DNA from: the human T2T-CHM13v2.0 reference genome, Homo sapiens
DNA: 64,000 nucleotides
Strand: one strand, 5' to 3'
Assembly (NCBI RefSeq): GCF_009914755.1
Contig: NC_060929.1
Each line of letters opens with the position of its first letter. Positions within the stretch are counted from its first letter, which is position 1. Position numbers and translations under genes: made by a program. The notes under the pieces were generated by a model. That model searched no databases. It saw only the letters and a list, made by a program, of their open reading frames with translations, and was not told where the DNA came from. Of this stretch, positions 39,663 through 54,200 are shown in pieces.

Positions 39663-42511
39663 TAGATGATGACCTGCAGAATTTTTCAATTTAATTCATT
39701 CTCGGAGGAGGGAAAGAAGTGGATTTTCTGATCAAATTCAGGGGAGTGCTTTTAAAGCCTTGTTTTTTGGGGAACAGTTTGTGTAAGCTTGCCAATGTTT
39801 GACTGCAGACTGGCTCCTTGAAAAGCTTGGGAAAAAGCCAGGCAGAGCAATAAGAGAGAACTGGAGGTTGAGGGCTGAGTGATCAGAATTCAATCTGATG
39901 TGCGGCTCTGGCAAAGGGATGCTCAAAGGTTAATAGCACAAAGCTATTGGCTTTGAAAAAGAACATTCTTTGAAAGAATCCAAAAGGGCACGGGAACAAA
40001 CTTGATTGGAATTGATTGTACAGAGAATCTCTATTGTGTAAAAAGAGGAGACAAATAGAAAGCACTTAAGAAGGATAGTATTCCACTTTCGCCGCAGGAA
40101 TATACAAGTGACAAAAACAGCCAGTGTTTATAGCAGCTGAACTTTTCCAAAAATTTATTTAAAAAGACTCTTTTTTTGGAGTCTTCCCTTTGACACAAAT
40201 GATATCTCTGCATACAAAAAGAAAATTAAAACATATTTTTTTTTTCTGGGAGATTACAGCCTTAGGGGTGTGCAATGTGGCATCTGGATTTTGTAGTGTA
40301 GATTGAAACATTATTTTGTAATTGGAATTTAATCAAATAAGTTTTATTTTAGATAATTTCTTACAAGTGCTACATAAACATTCTCACCCTTAAAAATTCA
40401 AACAATTGGCTGAAAAGCATCCCCTCTTCCTATTATTCTTTTAATAGAGGGGTCTCCTGGTAAGGTTTGAAGTATATTCTCATAGATGATTCTCTTATAT
40501 TTGTATACATAGGTGTGAATATAGAAATAGCTTTTATTTTTCATTAACTTTTTGGTATGAATTGAATCAAACCATTTTTTCTGAAATCCACTTTTTGTTG
40601 AAGTTTTTCAAAGCAGTGAAGTGACTGAAAGGAAAGTGAAGAGTAAGAACAGTGGCCGTAGGAATCTACACACCTAAAAACCAGTGTTTGTGTCATGAGG
40701 AGTTGCCCGCATTACTTGGATATTTAAAGAAACCATACTGTACAAGGTGATTTTCACATTCTTGTTGTGAAAGGTGTGGAAGTTTATGTGACCATAAATT
40801 AATAGAAAAAATTCTAAACACTGCACATAAAAAAGTCTCACCACTTCAAACTCCTGTCTTTATGCTTACATGCAAAAAGCGCAGGTAACTTACTTGTTGT
40901 TCTTTGTCTGGCTGACACCTTGAGAAATAAACACCTTTTGTATAAGTGTAAAATTTTGCATTTTTCTTCATCCTCTGTTTATTGAAGTGAGGAATCACAG
41001 CTAGCTGAATTAATTATCCAAACTAGAACATGCATAATATTAAAGCCAGGTATTTCGGGAATCTAAAACTGCAAAAAATTAAATTAGCTAGAGCATTCTC
41101 ATTTAAGTCATAGCCCCCAAATTAGTGCTTGGCTTTATACATGGTACAGTGAGTAAGAAAGAGATGGGGCATTTCCATTTCAATTATTTTCTAATCACTC
41201 TGTTACAGATTAAAAAATATTTTGTTAATTTTATAGGTATTTGTGTTTCACTTGCAAAAATCAGGTGCTTCAGGTTGTGGCTTACTGTTTTGTTTGCACT
41301 AGGCAGTCTCTCTCTTTGATCTATAGACATCCAGGCTGCTGCCACTATGCCACCCTATGCAGTGGGATAGCTCACCCACCTCAAGCCATAGAGACTCTCC
41401 AATTTCCACGCCTCCCTGGATCTCAATCTTTCCCAGAGTTCAAAAGGCCTGAAGTGGGGATGAAAAGGGGGCTCAAATGGATTTGGGGCCTTGACTCCTA
41501 CGGGTACCATGTCAGCTGAATTTTTGGTTAAAGAATCTTTTTCATCTGGCAAAGTATAAACGTCAACAGTCCATGAATGTCAATTCTCTTGGCTTCCTTT
41601 TTCCTACTTCCTATGATTCTAATATAGGTAGTTGCTAACTTACAGTGCCCCATTTTTTCTAAACAAATGTGTCAGTTGCTAATAAGAAGAATGATTATTT
41701 TTCATAGCTTTCAAGATAGACCATATCAACCGATATTTATTAAATGCCTATTTCATATAAACAATTCAGCATTTACTTCTGAAATTATTTTTGACTGGGG
41801 AGAAATGTATGCCTTATACCCTTAGTTTTGAACTTGAGCAGAACAAGATAAGAAAAGAGGTTTGAATATAGCAGGAGACTGGGTGTTTTATGGCTTTTTT
41901 TTTTTTGTCCTTTAGCCAAACTATCTGTCATCAAGGGAGCTGATTCCTGATGAGCTGATTTAAAGCCAAGGTTTAGGAGGGTGGACTGAAAGGCAGATGA
42001 AGGAAAACAAGTAAACCTGTTAATGATCTGTACATATGGAGTTTTATAGCTTCCAAAATGTACCTAACGGTTTTCATTTTTGTGAGCCATAGTCTAAAGG
42101 ATAATGGCAAAACCAACTTGGATGGCAAAAAATGAAGACTGTTTAAACCAAGTAGGTTTGGAAATGTCTCAAAATGCAAATTACTACTGTATTTGTTAAT
42201 GAGGTTGCTATTTTTAAAGACACACAGTAATACATCCAATATTCTTCATAGCACAAGGTGACTTCTTTGCTATTGCTCCTTCTCTTCTTTATTTTTTCAT
42301 TTTTATTACTTTCTTCCATGTACACATTTCATATCTTTTTTTCTTCTGGTAGGCTCTACTCAGATACTGTAATTGGGCTAGGAAGCACACATTAGGAAAT
42401 GTACTTGGTTTTCCTAAGCTAATTATTTATAAAGAAGTTTCAGGGATCTTCCAGCTGGATTCTTGGAGGTCAGCACTATCCAAGTCATATTTGGAAAGTC
42501 TCAGGTAAATA

Positions 42512-42759
42512 TTATTACAAGAGTAACATCAAAGATCACTTATCACAGATCACCATAACAAATATATTGATAATGAAAAAGTTTGAAATATTGTGAGAAT
42601 TACCAAAATGTGACACAGAGACATGAAGTGAGCACATGCTGTTGGAAAATTGGTGCCAATAGACTGGCTTGACTCAGGGTTGCCACCAATCTTCAATTTG
42701 CAAAAAATCAATATCTGCAAAGCGCAATAAAGTGACGCACAATAATACAAGGTATCCCT
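42512..42759 (-). mobile_element. Tigger1 5' terminal fragment
   Basis: catcaaagatcac ... aaatgtgacacagagacatgaagtgagcacatgctgttggaaaa ... gcaaagcgcaataaag. Confidence 0.88.
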
Positions 42760-42799
42760 CCACAGAAAAGAATATGCCTTATTACCTTGTATTACTAAA

Positions 42800-43740
42800 A
42801 GATTGGGAGCAGCCCAATAGAACATTGGTTAAATAGATTTTGGTATATGTATACTATTGAATATTATATGGCTGTATGAAAGGAAGAGGGAGCTCTTCAA
42901 TACTGATATGAAAAGATGTCCAGGATATACTGTTAAATGAGAAAAGCAAGGTTTATAAGAGTTTGTATAATGTGCAGTCTTGTTTAAAAGAAGGATACGA
43001 AGGAATCAAAGAAGAACAATTATATACTTATATATTTGTATTTGTTCTTATTAATGCACAGAAAACCTTTGGAAGGAGAAAAGCTAATTGAGAACCCAAA
43101 CCATCCACCTCTATTCTCAGCCAAGACACTAAGAACAGAAACCACACATTACTGTTTAAACTAAAATAACTTTGCTTTTCCACTATCTCCATTACCATTT
43201 TGTTACCCTGATGGGAATTTCCTGCCCAAATTATTCATTATAGGTACTTCCAAAAGACTAACCTACTCATGTTTTTCCCCTAAGATTATTGAATCCTTGG
43301 TCTCAAAATCCTCACTTTGGTGATTCCACCCATCCTGGGCTGTTGTATTGTGATTCTTACTTGGTCTAGTCAAGTCTCTACATTGAAAGACTTACCTTAA
43401 ACCACACTTCCAATACTGAATAAGTTTTTACTTCACCTTATGCCCTCTGAGACACTACAAAGCTTTGCAATGTGTTCTCTCCTGCTGCAGTAAGCAATTA
43501 ACTTAGCTTCATCTTTTCAACAGATTTTGTTGGTGATATTTGGGGAAATAGCTTTTGATATAATTTAAAGTAGGTACTTGTTTGAGGTGGGTATATTGTG
43601 TAAGGAAACTGGACAGATGGTGGTGGGAGAGTGGAGAAAAGACAGTTTGTCTTACCTTTTTATTTTTCTTCACTGAAAATTTTTATACTGCTGAATCATG
43701 TGAATACATTATCTATTAAAAATTAAATGAAATAAAAGTT
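42800..43740 (+). mobile_element. Old L1M 3' UTR split by a MER110-like LTR
   Basis: atactattgaatattatatggct ... aaagatgtccaggatatactgttaaatgagaaaagcaag. Confidence 0.65.
43089..43560 (+). mobile_element. MER110-like solo LTR
   Basis: tgagaacccaaacc ... gctgcagtaagcaatta ... ggtgatatttgggg; 4-bp TSD TAAT. Confidence 0.7.
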
Positions 43741-46290
43741 AATATTATTTTGCATAAATACAAGTATAAGAGAAAATTAGGGATTAATTTTTAAATCACT
43801 AACCTTTTTTTCAATGGTATGATTCTATTACAGTTTATATTATCTAGTAAGAAAATGACTTCCAAAATTGTTGCAACATTTCAGAGGGCTGTACATTTAT
43901 ATTCCTGTTGTAAGGAGATGGCTTTCAAACTCCCAGCGCATGGATTCACAGGTGTTTCTAATGCTGATTTCAATTAACATTTGTCAGAGCTAAAAATATG
44001 AATTTTATCTAGAGCCCAGCTCTGTTTTGTCAATATCATTTTCAACATTGTGACTTTTTAGCATAGACTCATGGTTTTAATAGGAAAACCAATTACTTTT
44101 AAAACTATTCTGCTCCTGCCCTTTAACATGATTTCTATCAAGAGTGTCGTATTTTTGGAAGATTATAATGATTATTGGGATTTGTGACTGTCAGAAGAAT
44201 CTAGGGTGTCTCAGAGAGAATTGTGGGTAACTTGAGAGGACTCTGAGGATGTTCTCAGAGCCTCAGCTGACTGGAGCTTCGAAGTCTATTGTTGTATTAG
44301 TTTAAAAGTTAGAGTAACATTAAAAAATGGCAAAAAGAAAAGGAAACAAATTTGTAAAAGCAGGGAGAATGAATATCATAACTGACTTTGGCAGGTTTTT
44401 TTAAAAATAGGATTAGAGCCTGTTTTACCTTTTTATTTTTCTTTAAATCATGTTTGGAGGGAAAGGGCTTAGAAAACAAAAGAAAGAAGTGATACTGGGT
44501 GAGGGTATGCTAGGGTTAAGCAGGATGGAAAAGTAAACCTGAGCTTCCTTCTTTTTGTAATGTAAGGGCTAAAAGAAGGAGAAATTAGACATAAATAATA
44601 GAACACAAGCCCTGTATTATTTATATGTTATTCTTAAGTATCCCTATCTTTTAGGAACATCCTTTTTACTTTATTAAATCTGACTGTAGAAAGAAATTAT
44701 TAATTTTCAAAGCGTTGTAGCATAAATTTACATTTGCATAATAATACCATTTGTTTGAATGGCATTTACAATTTATCAAGTGCTCTGAAATACCTTCTTA
44801 TCCCAGATACTCATTGCTCTCTATGTATGGCACATTGAACAAATAATATATTCTTTCTTTCTTTTAATGCCATTTTTTCTTTCATTTAATTAATATCATT
44901 TGACATTTACTTACATTTTTCAGATACAAGTAGTTATCATATTTCTTATCACTCAACATTAAATTCAATTATATATTCAAGAGAGTTTCTTAAAACTGGT
45001 TTCCATCTGTTAAACATACCCAGTTGGCTGCCTCGATTTAATTCTTTTCTTATGAGCCTTTCTTTTCACTCGGTCATTTTGTTTTTTCTTTGTACATTGA
45101 CAAAAGCTGACATTTTTATACTGGCATATGGGGTTGAAAATTTTAAAGTGTGGGTATCAAATTTTTCTTTGTGGCTAGAGAAGTGGTTGGATTGAAATTC
45201 TATTTATCCTCCCGTTGATTGTGATGAAAAATTGGAATACTCTCTTTCTCTTTAGACAAAATAATGCCCGCTGTGTTTTGGGTCTGAGCCTGTCTGGAAG
45301 CCAGGTGAGGCAGCTGCCAGGAGAGCATTTGCATGAAGGGCTGAGGAGACGTCTGGGAGAGAACTCATCTAAGGGAAGGAAGAATTTGAGGACTGCCTAG
45401 AGGCTGTCCGTCAGCTCTGTTTCCTCTCCTGCCATTTGGACATATATCTGCTTCTTTGGTAAGAGTAGAGAGGTTGGTCAACGCTGAGAAGAACATGGCC
45501 ACAGGTCACCATGTGGCTCTGCACCTCAGTGTACCTAGTGAGAAGTGATTGGAAGTGCCTTGTAGGCACCAGTGATTTTGCATAATTGATGTGGCACTGC
45601 CTGAGGGCCACTGTGGCAGTGAATAAAAGCAGAAACAGTATCCATGAGGTGCTAACAGGACCTAATCATGAGCTTTCTGAGAAGACTCCGTTGTGTCTCC
45701 CAGAAATAAATGTGGGAGACTTTGCAGGAAGCAGAGGTCCTGCATTGGCAGAGGAGAGCCTAGAGAGTAAAACACTAGTTAAGATGGATGTGTTGCTGCG
45801 AAAGGAACATTTTTTAGATGATGTCCACTTCTTAGGAAGGGATGTAGGTTGAGCTGATTTACATTGACCTGAAAATTAAAAAGGTTTCTGAACAGGAATC
45901 TCTTAACAACAGGATTTGGTGAATGAGACAGCCTAATCAACACTAGCTTTAGTGCCAGGCCACCACACTTTTAGCTGCTTATTGATCATTTCCAGTGAAG
46001 AGTTGTAGCTCATTCTCAGAGTGAGTTCAGTGGAAGTAGTAGTGACTTCCAGGTAGCTAGAGAAGAGTAATGTTTCTTAAGGAAATATTTTGAGGGAAAT
46101 TCAATTTATTAGACCTAGAGTGCTCACAGGGCTTTCCACTGAGCAGAACTCCAGTGAAGAATCATTAAGGATACTGAAGTAGAGGCAAGAGACACTGATT
46201 CAGACTAACTTTAGCAAGAATTGTACTGAAAATACTATTAAAATAGCTTATGAATGCTTAAAGAGGGAAAGAACATAGAGGTTTCTTTAA

Positions 46291-46628
<338 letters not shown>

Positions 46629-47224
46629 AAGTTCTCAACTATTAAAAGAAGGCACCCAACTTTCATATCCATGGGAAAAAAGTACCCAGAATTCCAACTA
46701 TTTGATGAATAAATGAATAGCTGTTGATTTTTGAGGGTCTCTCCCAACTTTGTGAGATGCAAAATTGTAACAAGAGGGTTATCTTTGCTGACCTTCTTTG
46801 TATTATAAAGTTTCTCTTCCTCAGAAGCAAGGTTTTGTATTGACTGCTTTAGATATTTTTGTGCTTGAAGCTAGGATGACATCTAGCTTGAAGCTAGATA
46901 ACAGTAAGATATATCTCAGTGCTGTGACTCTAGTATTTCCCTAGTAAAACGCAACTGTGCATTCCTGACCCCCAGCATCTAGACTCCTTCCATGCCAATA
47001 AAGAGCGGATTAGAATTTTGGTCAATTTTTGGTTCTTTTCTTCATGTCCTAAGATGACTGGGAAAAATCCCCAAATCTACTCCAACTTTATGTATTTACT
47101 AATTGAAAAGTAATAGACATATAGAAACTGAGAAACTATTGTCAAAATGCAAAATAAAAGGCTAGCCAAATATTTTCTTATGAACTCTTAGACTTTCTAC
47201 TCTTAAGAAAACCCTTTTCCCCCT

Positions 47225-48940
47225 CATTCATTTATTCATTCCTTCAACAAATATTAATTGAGCATCTACTATGGGCCAGGAGCTATGCTGTTTGTGTGTC
47301 TATGGGAATATTTACAGCTAGAAACAAAGGAGACATGGTCCCTCCTCTCACAGAGCTTTCCACCTAGCAAGTGAGGCAGTCAATTCAGGACTTTGTAAGA
47401 AGGAGCTTAGCATGCTTTGGGAGCACAAGGCTAAGTCAACTTATCTCAACATGTCTAAAGCTAAACATTTCATCTTCCTCCCTATATTTGCACCTTCTGC
47501 TCTATTCTGTTATAACAATTTTATTTGTCAGTGGCACCATGTTAAAGCCGTCCTTGATTCCTCCTTCTTTTTCACCCTAATATCTCACTAGACATAACCA
47601 TTTTTAAATTGATAAATTTGTTGACACTTTAGTCAACAAATATTTCATTCTGTATCTAAAATATTCTTCCTCGGAAACATTGCTGTATTATTTCCTGTCT
47701 ATGAATAGTACCTAGCTTGATTGAGAGTTACTATGTGCCAGGCACTGGTATAAGGGTTCACTCCTTCCAACAGTGTATTATTTAATTGCCATGACAACAC
47801 TTCGAGATAAGTGCTACAACTCTCCTCGTTTTAGAGATGAAGGAATTTAGCAAAGACAGAACTAGGGTTTGAAGCCAAATGGTCTGACTCTAGAATCCAT
47901 GCTGTTACCTACTATGCAATACTGCCTTTCCTATGCCTTGTATATATCTGCTAAGACTTTTATTCAAAGACTGATGGCCTTATGCCGGGTGTCTCTGCCT
48001 CCAAGTTCTCCCATTATAATCTATTCTGTTCTTCATATAAGATTAATCTTCCCGAAGCCACAATTTAAAACCCTCTCTAGCTCTAAAATTCTCACAAGCA
48101 TTTTAGCGTTTATGGAATAACATACAAATGATTTAATAAAAGGCTAAAATTTATAGAATACTTACTATATGCATGGATAACCACCTATAGTTATCTATGG
48201 GGATAATCTCATTTATCCAATACAACAACCCTGTTGTAGTAGGCCAACTGTGAGATGCCTCCCAGTAATCCCACTTTCCTGGTATTTATGCCCTTGTATA
48301 ATTCCATCCCCTTGAGTGTGGTTTTGACTCACTGACTTGTATGTGATGAATAGAATACATCAGAAGTGTTGGGATGACACTGTTTTTTAACCTTTAGAGT
48401 GGGTGCATTTATTGAATGAAAAGTATACCTCACAGAAGTAGATTTGTAAAAAAGTGAAGTTGGCAATACTGTATTAATACTCAACTGCATTTTACCATTT
48501 GTCTTCCAGTTGTGTAAGTAAATCAGTCTCCTTTCTGTTAAACCAATTTTTATTGATTTTCTATTACTTGCTTCCAAAAACCTCATTACTAATATGTGAG
48601 ATGACTACTTTCAAGAATAGATTGTAAATTTTGGCATTTTGGATAATTTGATATATAGCAATAGATATCTATCTATTACAACTATGTGTAATAGATACTA
48701 ATACACCTATGAACTAGGGAGTGGACTCATCCCATTTTACAGATAGAGCAATTAAGGTAAGTTGAGTAATGTGTTCAAGATTACTTGGTGGCGGAGCTTG
48801 GCTTTGCCCTCAGGATTGTCTAAGCCAATTAACCTGTATTCTATAAAAACAACTCATATTTATTCAACCCTAGAGCTAGATTCTGTTTGGAGCACTTTAT
48901 AGTATTAATTCATTCAATGCCTACAACAATCCTATAATGT
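47225..48940. mobile_element. Mosaic of L2, MIR and MLT1 fragments
   Basis: cattcatttattcattccttcaacaaatatt (L2), ccattttacagat (MIR), tgtagtaggcc...cccttgagtgtgg (MLT1). Confidence 0.65.
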
Positions 48941-49503
48941 ATTCTTTCTGGATTGTTGGCCAGCCAAGATTTAGCCGCAACCTAGCTTTCTAGGTGAGTC
49001 TCCCCAAAACAGTTTGTTCCCAAAATATGCCTGGTGTTTTCCAACCCTTAAGCCCTTGGTCAAATACATCACCATTTTAAGATGCCTTCCCTATGTCTCT
49101 CTGCCGTCCCATTTTTCAAAATCCAGATCAGTTTTCAACTTCAAGGTAAAGTCTAGCCCAAATAATTTATTCTTATTCTGAATTTCATCAGTGATTATTT
49201 TCTGTACAATTTATTAGCAGCAAAACTTTGTCTTAGGTGAAGGTTTTGCTGTTGTTTGAATAGTAACTTAAGCATTTTATTCCAATATCTCTGTGTTTAT
49301 GGCTTATCTCCCCAATGTGCTCTTAAATCCTTTAAGGTTATATGTGTCTTAATTTATCTGTTTATAGTGTATACTCAATAAATACTTATTGATTTGATTA
49401 TGTATCATGATAATTAGTTATTTGGTACTGATTTTGAGTTCCAAATATGAGACACTACCTAAATACAATGCAATTACATTTTAATTTTAAAAGTAATTTT
49501 GAA

Positions 49504-49652
49504 GGCAGGTGCAGTGGTGCGCACTTGTAGTCCTAGCTACTCTGGAGGCCAAGGCAAGGGGATTGCTCGAGCCCAGGTTTGAGGTCAGCCTGGACAACAT
49601 AGTGAGACCCCCCCATCTCTAAAATAATGAATAAATAAATAAATAAATAAAT
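49504..49652 (+). mobile_element. FLAM/FAM Alu monomer
   Basis: Single monomer with (TAAA)n tail; TSD taattttga. Confidence 0.85.
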
Positions 49653-49924
49653 AATTTTGATTATTTCTAGTATTAAAAGGCTCTGCCTTACAGTATTAAA
49701 GTACTGTTTATAAAGAAGTTAAGGGAATGACTTATACTTTTTTTGAATACTTTCCCATATTGTGTATGCAGGAATTTTCGCATTTCACAACTAAAAGTAT
49801 TTTACCTTCCTGTTTGCCTTTCTTAATGTTAGCTTTTAAAAATACTGTTTTATTGTTTGCTCTTAAGCCTTTGTTCTTAAAATTTTACTCTCAGACATTT
49901 ATTTTAAGGGGAATTGCAAGGGAT

Positions 49925-50165
49925 ATAGTATAGTGCTAAAACTTGTTATTTTGGAGTTAGAAAGACAGAGTTGAAATTCTTACTTTACCATTTTCGAGCT
50001 GTGTAGTCTCAGACAAGTTACCTAATGTCTTTGTGCCTTAGCTTCCCTGGTGTACAGTAGAGAAAATGATGCCCAACTCATAAAGCTGTTGGATTTACTA
50101 AATGAGGCAAAATATCTAAAGTATTTAGTAAAGTGTGTAACATGGAAAGCTCAAATATGTGATGG
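49925..50165 (+). mobile_element. MIR
   Basis: agctgtgtagtctcagacaagttacctaa ... gtgccttagcttcc. Confidence 0.75.
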
Positions 50166-50249
50166 CAGATATAGGTATTATCCTTTTTCTCACCCTTTTG
50201 AACCAAAATAGTCTGTAAGACAATAACATTATGAGTAGTTTTGAAGATC

Positions 50250-50712
50250 AATTATTTTTATTATTTTTAATAGATAAATAATAATTATATGTATATTTGT
50301 GGTATAAAATGGGATGTTTTGATACATGTATACAATGCAAAATGATTAAGTTAAGCTAATTAACATAGTCATCACCTCACTTATTTTTTATGGTAAGACA
50401 TTTGAAATTTACTCTCTTAGCAATTTAAAAATACACAGTATGTTATTCATAGCTATAGTCACAATGCTGTGCAATGGATCTCAAAAACTTTTACCTCTTG
50501 GGAACACTTATTCTATTTGATGGAAGAAAGTACTGTTCATTAAAAAAAAATCAAACTTATTCCTCCTAATCGAAACTTTGTATCCTTTGAATACATCTTC
50601 CCATTCCCTTCTCTTCAAGCACCAGCCTCTGGTAACCACCCTTCTACTCTCTATGGCTATGAGTTTGACTTTTTCAGATTCTACATATAAATAAGATCAT
50701 GTGGTATTTGAA
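50250..50712 (-). mobile_element. L1MA 3' end
   Basis: tttgaaatttactctcttagcaattt ... cagcctctggtaaccacccttctactctct. Confidence 0.85.
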
Positions 50713-50832
50713 GACAAACTCCTCTTGAAATATCAAGGAACAGCCTCATTGAACTTTCCTCTTACAGGAGATTGTCTCCTTGTATTTGCTGAAGAATCAC
50801 TAGAGCTGGGATGAGAGAGTGAGGAATGACCT

Positions 50833-51200
50833 TGATATGGTTTGGCTGTGTGCCCACCCAAATCTCATCTTGAATTGTAGCTCCCAGAATTCCCATGTTG
50901 TGAGAGGGACCTGGTGTGAGATAATTGAATCATACAAATCATCATTGTAGATAATCCCATATTGTTCTTGTGGTAGTGAAAAAGTCTCACGAGATCTGGT
51001 TGTTTTAGAGGGGTTTCCCTTTTCACTTGACTCTCATATTCTCTCTTGTTTGCCACCATGTAAGATGTGCCTTTCACCTTCTGCCATGATTGTGAGGCCT
51101 CCCCAGCCAAGTGGAATTGTGAATCCATTAAACCTCTTTTCTTTATAAGTTGCCCAGTCTTGGGTATGTCTTTATCGGCAGCTTGAAAATGGATGAATAT
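50833..51200 (+). mobile_element. THE1B/C solo LTR
   Basis: tgatatggtttggctgtg ...; perfect 5-bp TSD GACCT. Confidence 0.92.
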
Positions 51201-54200
51201 GACCTACACCCAAGCCTTCCCTTCTACTTTCCTTCTCCAGTGGCTGCTGTCTCCTCTCCCAGGATTAAGGAATGGAGTTGCCAGCTCATCCTAGGGGAAG
51301 CCCTGCTACTGCAGGATATCCAGTAGCCTGAGCTGACTCATCCATTTCTGAAGCTGCCCATGGTTCCTTTCCAGAGCCACCTGGTGTGCAAAATCCACCT
51401 ATGCACCATGGCATCCAGGCTGAGAGAAGGGCACTTCTCTATCACTGCACATGTGAGTAGAATTTGGTAGCATTCGTACAGAGCCGGTGAAAAACTCAGG
51501 ACTATTGCAAAAAATTTGAGGGTATTAAAATATGCATCTGACAGTCCCCCCTGACTTTTCACTCCATCTCCCCCTCATGTACCCTAATAATTGTGAGACA
51601 GAAAACAGTCTCTGAAGTCATGGAACTAGAAATCTGACTGGGGGTTAGGAGAGATAAGGCGTATACCCATGAAAAGGGAAATAGCTTAACAAGCATTAAA
51701 TAACAGTACTCTCTTTATTTAACAAGAAGAGCTTATAGTCTAGAAGGGAAGACAGGAAGAAAACAGGAGTTAAAGTAGAAAGGTTAAGTCTTTGGTAACA
51801 ATTATGTAGGTATTTAGGTGATGACAATATCAGGGAAGTGACGTGACAGTACAGAATATGAGCTCAATAGGAAAGAGATCTATCATTACCTGTACTTCAG
51901 GAGAGAGCGCGACTGCTGTGGCTGTACTAGGCAGGGAAGGCTTGAGATAGGCCTTGCAGGATAAACACAGCTTATGTAGACAAAGGGGAGGATATCCCTC
52001 TGCTCACTGCTGATTCTCCAGCCTGACGTGTGAGGCAGAGCAGGCGCCAGGAGATGGAGGTAAGATGGTTTTCAGAGGAAGCCTGGAATGGAACTGAGGG
52101 AGCTGTTGGTAGAGCTGCACGCTAGGTCAGGAGGCCTGGTTTCAGTCTTGGACCTGATATTAACTACTCTGATGGTTTGTGTTAAGTCTCCTCACTTCTT
52201 TGGGTCTCTCTTTCTCATTTTAAAAATGAGCAGGTTGGGCTAAGTGATCCACAAATCCCTTTTCCGGGTCATATCTATGATTTTATTATTTCCTCACCTG
52301 GAGCATACAGATAATTCAATGAAGATTTAAAAGGCTTGTCAAAATTTGGAAAATATTATTTCTTTTCACTTCAGAGCAAGCAATGTGGGAGAATATAAAA
52401 TAGCCTCTGAATTTTATTGTATTAGGTATTTCTTTGCACTAGGAAATTTGTATTTTAATGAATTGGAAATGTTTCACTGGCATTTCTTCCTACTCATTAT
52501 GTATTTCAGAAGGGACATTTCTCCCCGACATATCACTTGGTCTTTTGTGGTTGTTTTTGTGTTCTAAGGAGCCAGTCATTAATTATGCTTCTCCACAGAC
52601 TTGGAGAAATACCTCCAAGGATCTGCCACTTGGGTGGAATTTTCTCAATCTGGTCTACACCATGACAGAAACACTGTTCTTTAGACTTCTCAACTCAAGG
52701 ACTTTCTTTCAGTTTTGAAAAGGTTATGTGTCATATGCCAGAGACTACTAAGGGCTGGAGATTGTCTTGGCTACTCATATGAAAATATATTGTAGTTGCA
52801 GTGGTGGAACTGAAATTATAGTTTTTGAATAAGAATAAATGCAGGAAGGAATTCTATCCTTTTATCAGAGCATTTTCCTTCAGGAGTATAAAAGACTATA
52901 TCTATACAGAATCAAATAAAGTGAAGATTTGTCCATTATACAACTATTCTGATCTTTGTAGATAACCAGAATGCTGGAAGCCAAAATGTTGAAAATCTTT
53001 CATATGGTTTTATTACTGGAATATCCAGATGGGTTGCTTGCATTGATTAGATTCCATAGGAAATGAATAAAACTCTACTTCCTGTTTTGTATGATAATTA
53101 TAAAGTGAGTGACGTGACTTCCTTCTCCAGTTCAGATGAACGTAGGATAACATTTTCTTTAAGTGTTAGTAAAAAGGCCATTTTTCCTTCTACCCAGGCT
53201 GTCTTTCACTTTCTCTTTTCCTGCAGTTCTGCAGGCTTGAGAATGGTGGTGCTACTGTCCCATTCTTGTTTTCCTGTTGAAAAAAGATTTAGGGCTTTCA
53301 CTTCTCTGGATCATTAATAGCATTTACAGCAAGGTAAAGGAAGAAGAAAGCACCATTCAATACCATGAATCACGGAACAAGCTGATGACTTACGAAGGTC
53401 AGGGAAGGACCTGCCAGCATCTTTTCAATTCATGTGTGCAGGCATTCCACAGATTACTAAGTGCACTGTCACTTTTACAGGGAAGTGTCAGATATTAGCC
53501 TCAGCTAAGGAGGCAGAAGCTCATTGTAGCAGACTGATCTGTGGAGACAAATCTGTGCTTATCTAATTCATTTCAGAAAGCTCTCCAATATTCCAAAAAG
53601 CACAAATCAGGTCAAGGAAAATGTGAATTGACTCTGAAGGAAAAGCACAAAGAGAGTAGAGCTTTACAAGTGAAAGGAGTGGTGAGGTTTCTGTATCCCC
53701 AAAACATAGGAGTAAAGGAGCTTATGGGTGTTTTGTAGGCATAAGTGTAGAAGCATTACAGAGAGAGACTAAGAGCCCGTACCTATGCCTGCACAGGCCA
53801 AATGTGCCTCGGGTGGCCCTAAGCAGAAAACAAAGTTACCATTTCTCCCTTTTAAGGGCTTGCCATTGCATCATCAGTTGGGCCTGGCTCTCTTTCCTCC
53901 TCCTTTCTGAGGCTTGAGGGAGAGGAAAGTCCTTCCTGCCTGGGGCGCCCAGAGCTGTCACTTTGGCTCTGGTTCAGTGAAACCTGGCCATTGACAGGAC
54001 AGATGGCTATGGCAGCAGCCCATCCCATCAGCCCTAGAAGCCCTGTTTCTATTCAGATCATGTTCTCAAGTGATCTTTAGCGGATCCATGCTTAAGCATA
54101 GAAACAGAAAGCTTTGGCCAGCTTCTAGTTCCCATTAGCTTGTCTCTGAGACACCATGCTTAGTTGTGTGTGTATCTGAATTGAGGCAGTCAGTGATGTA

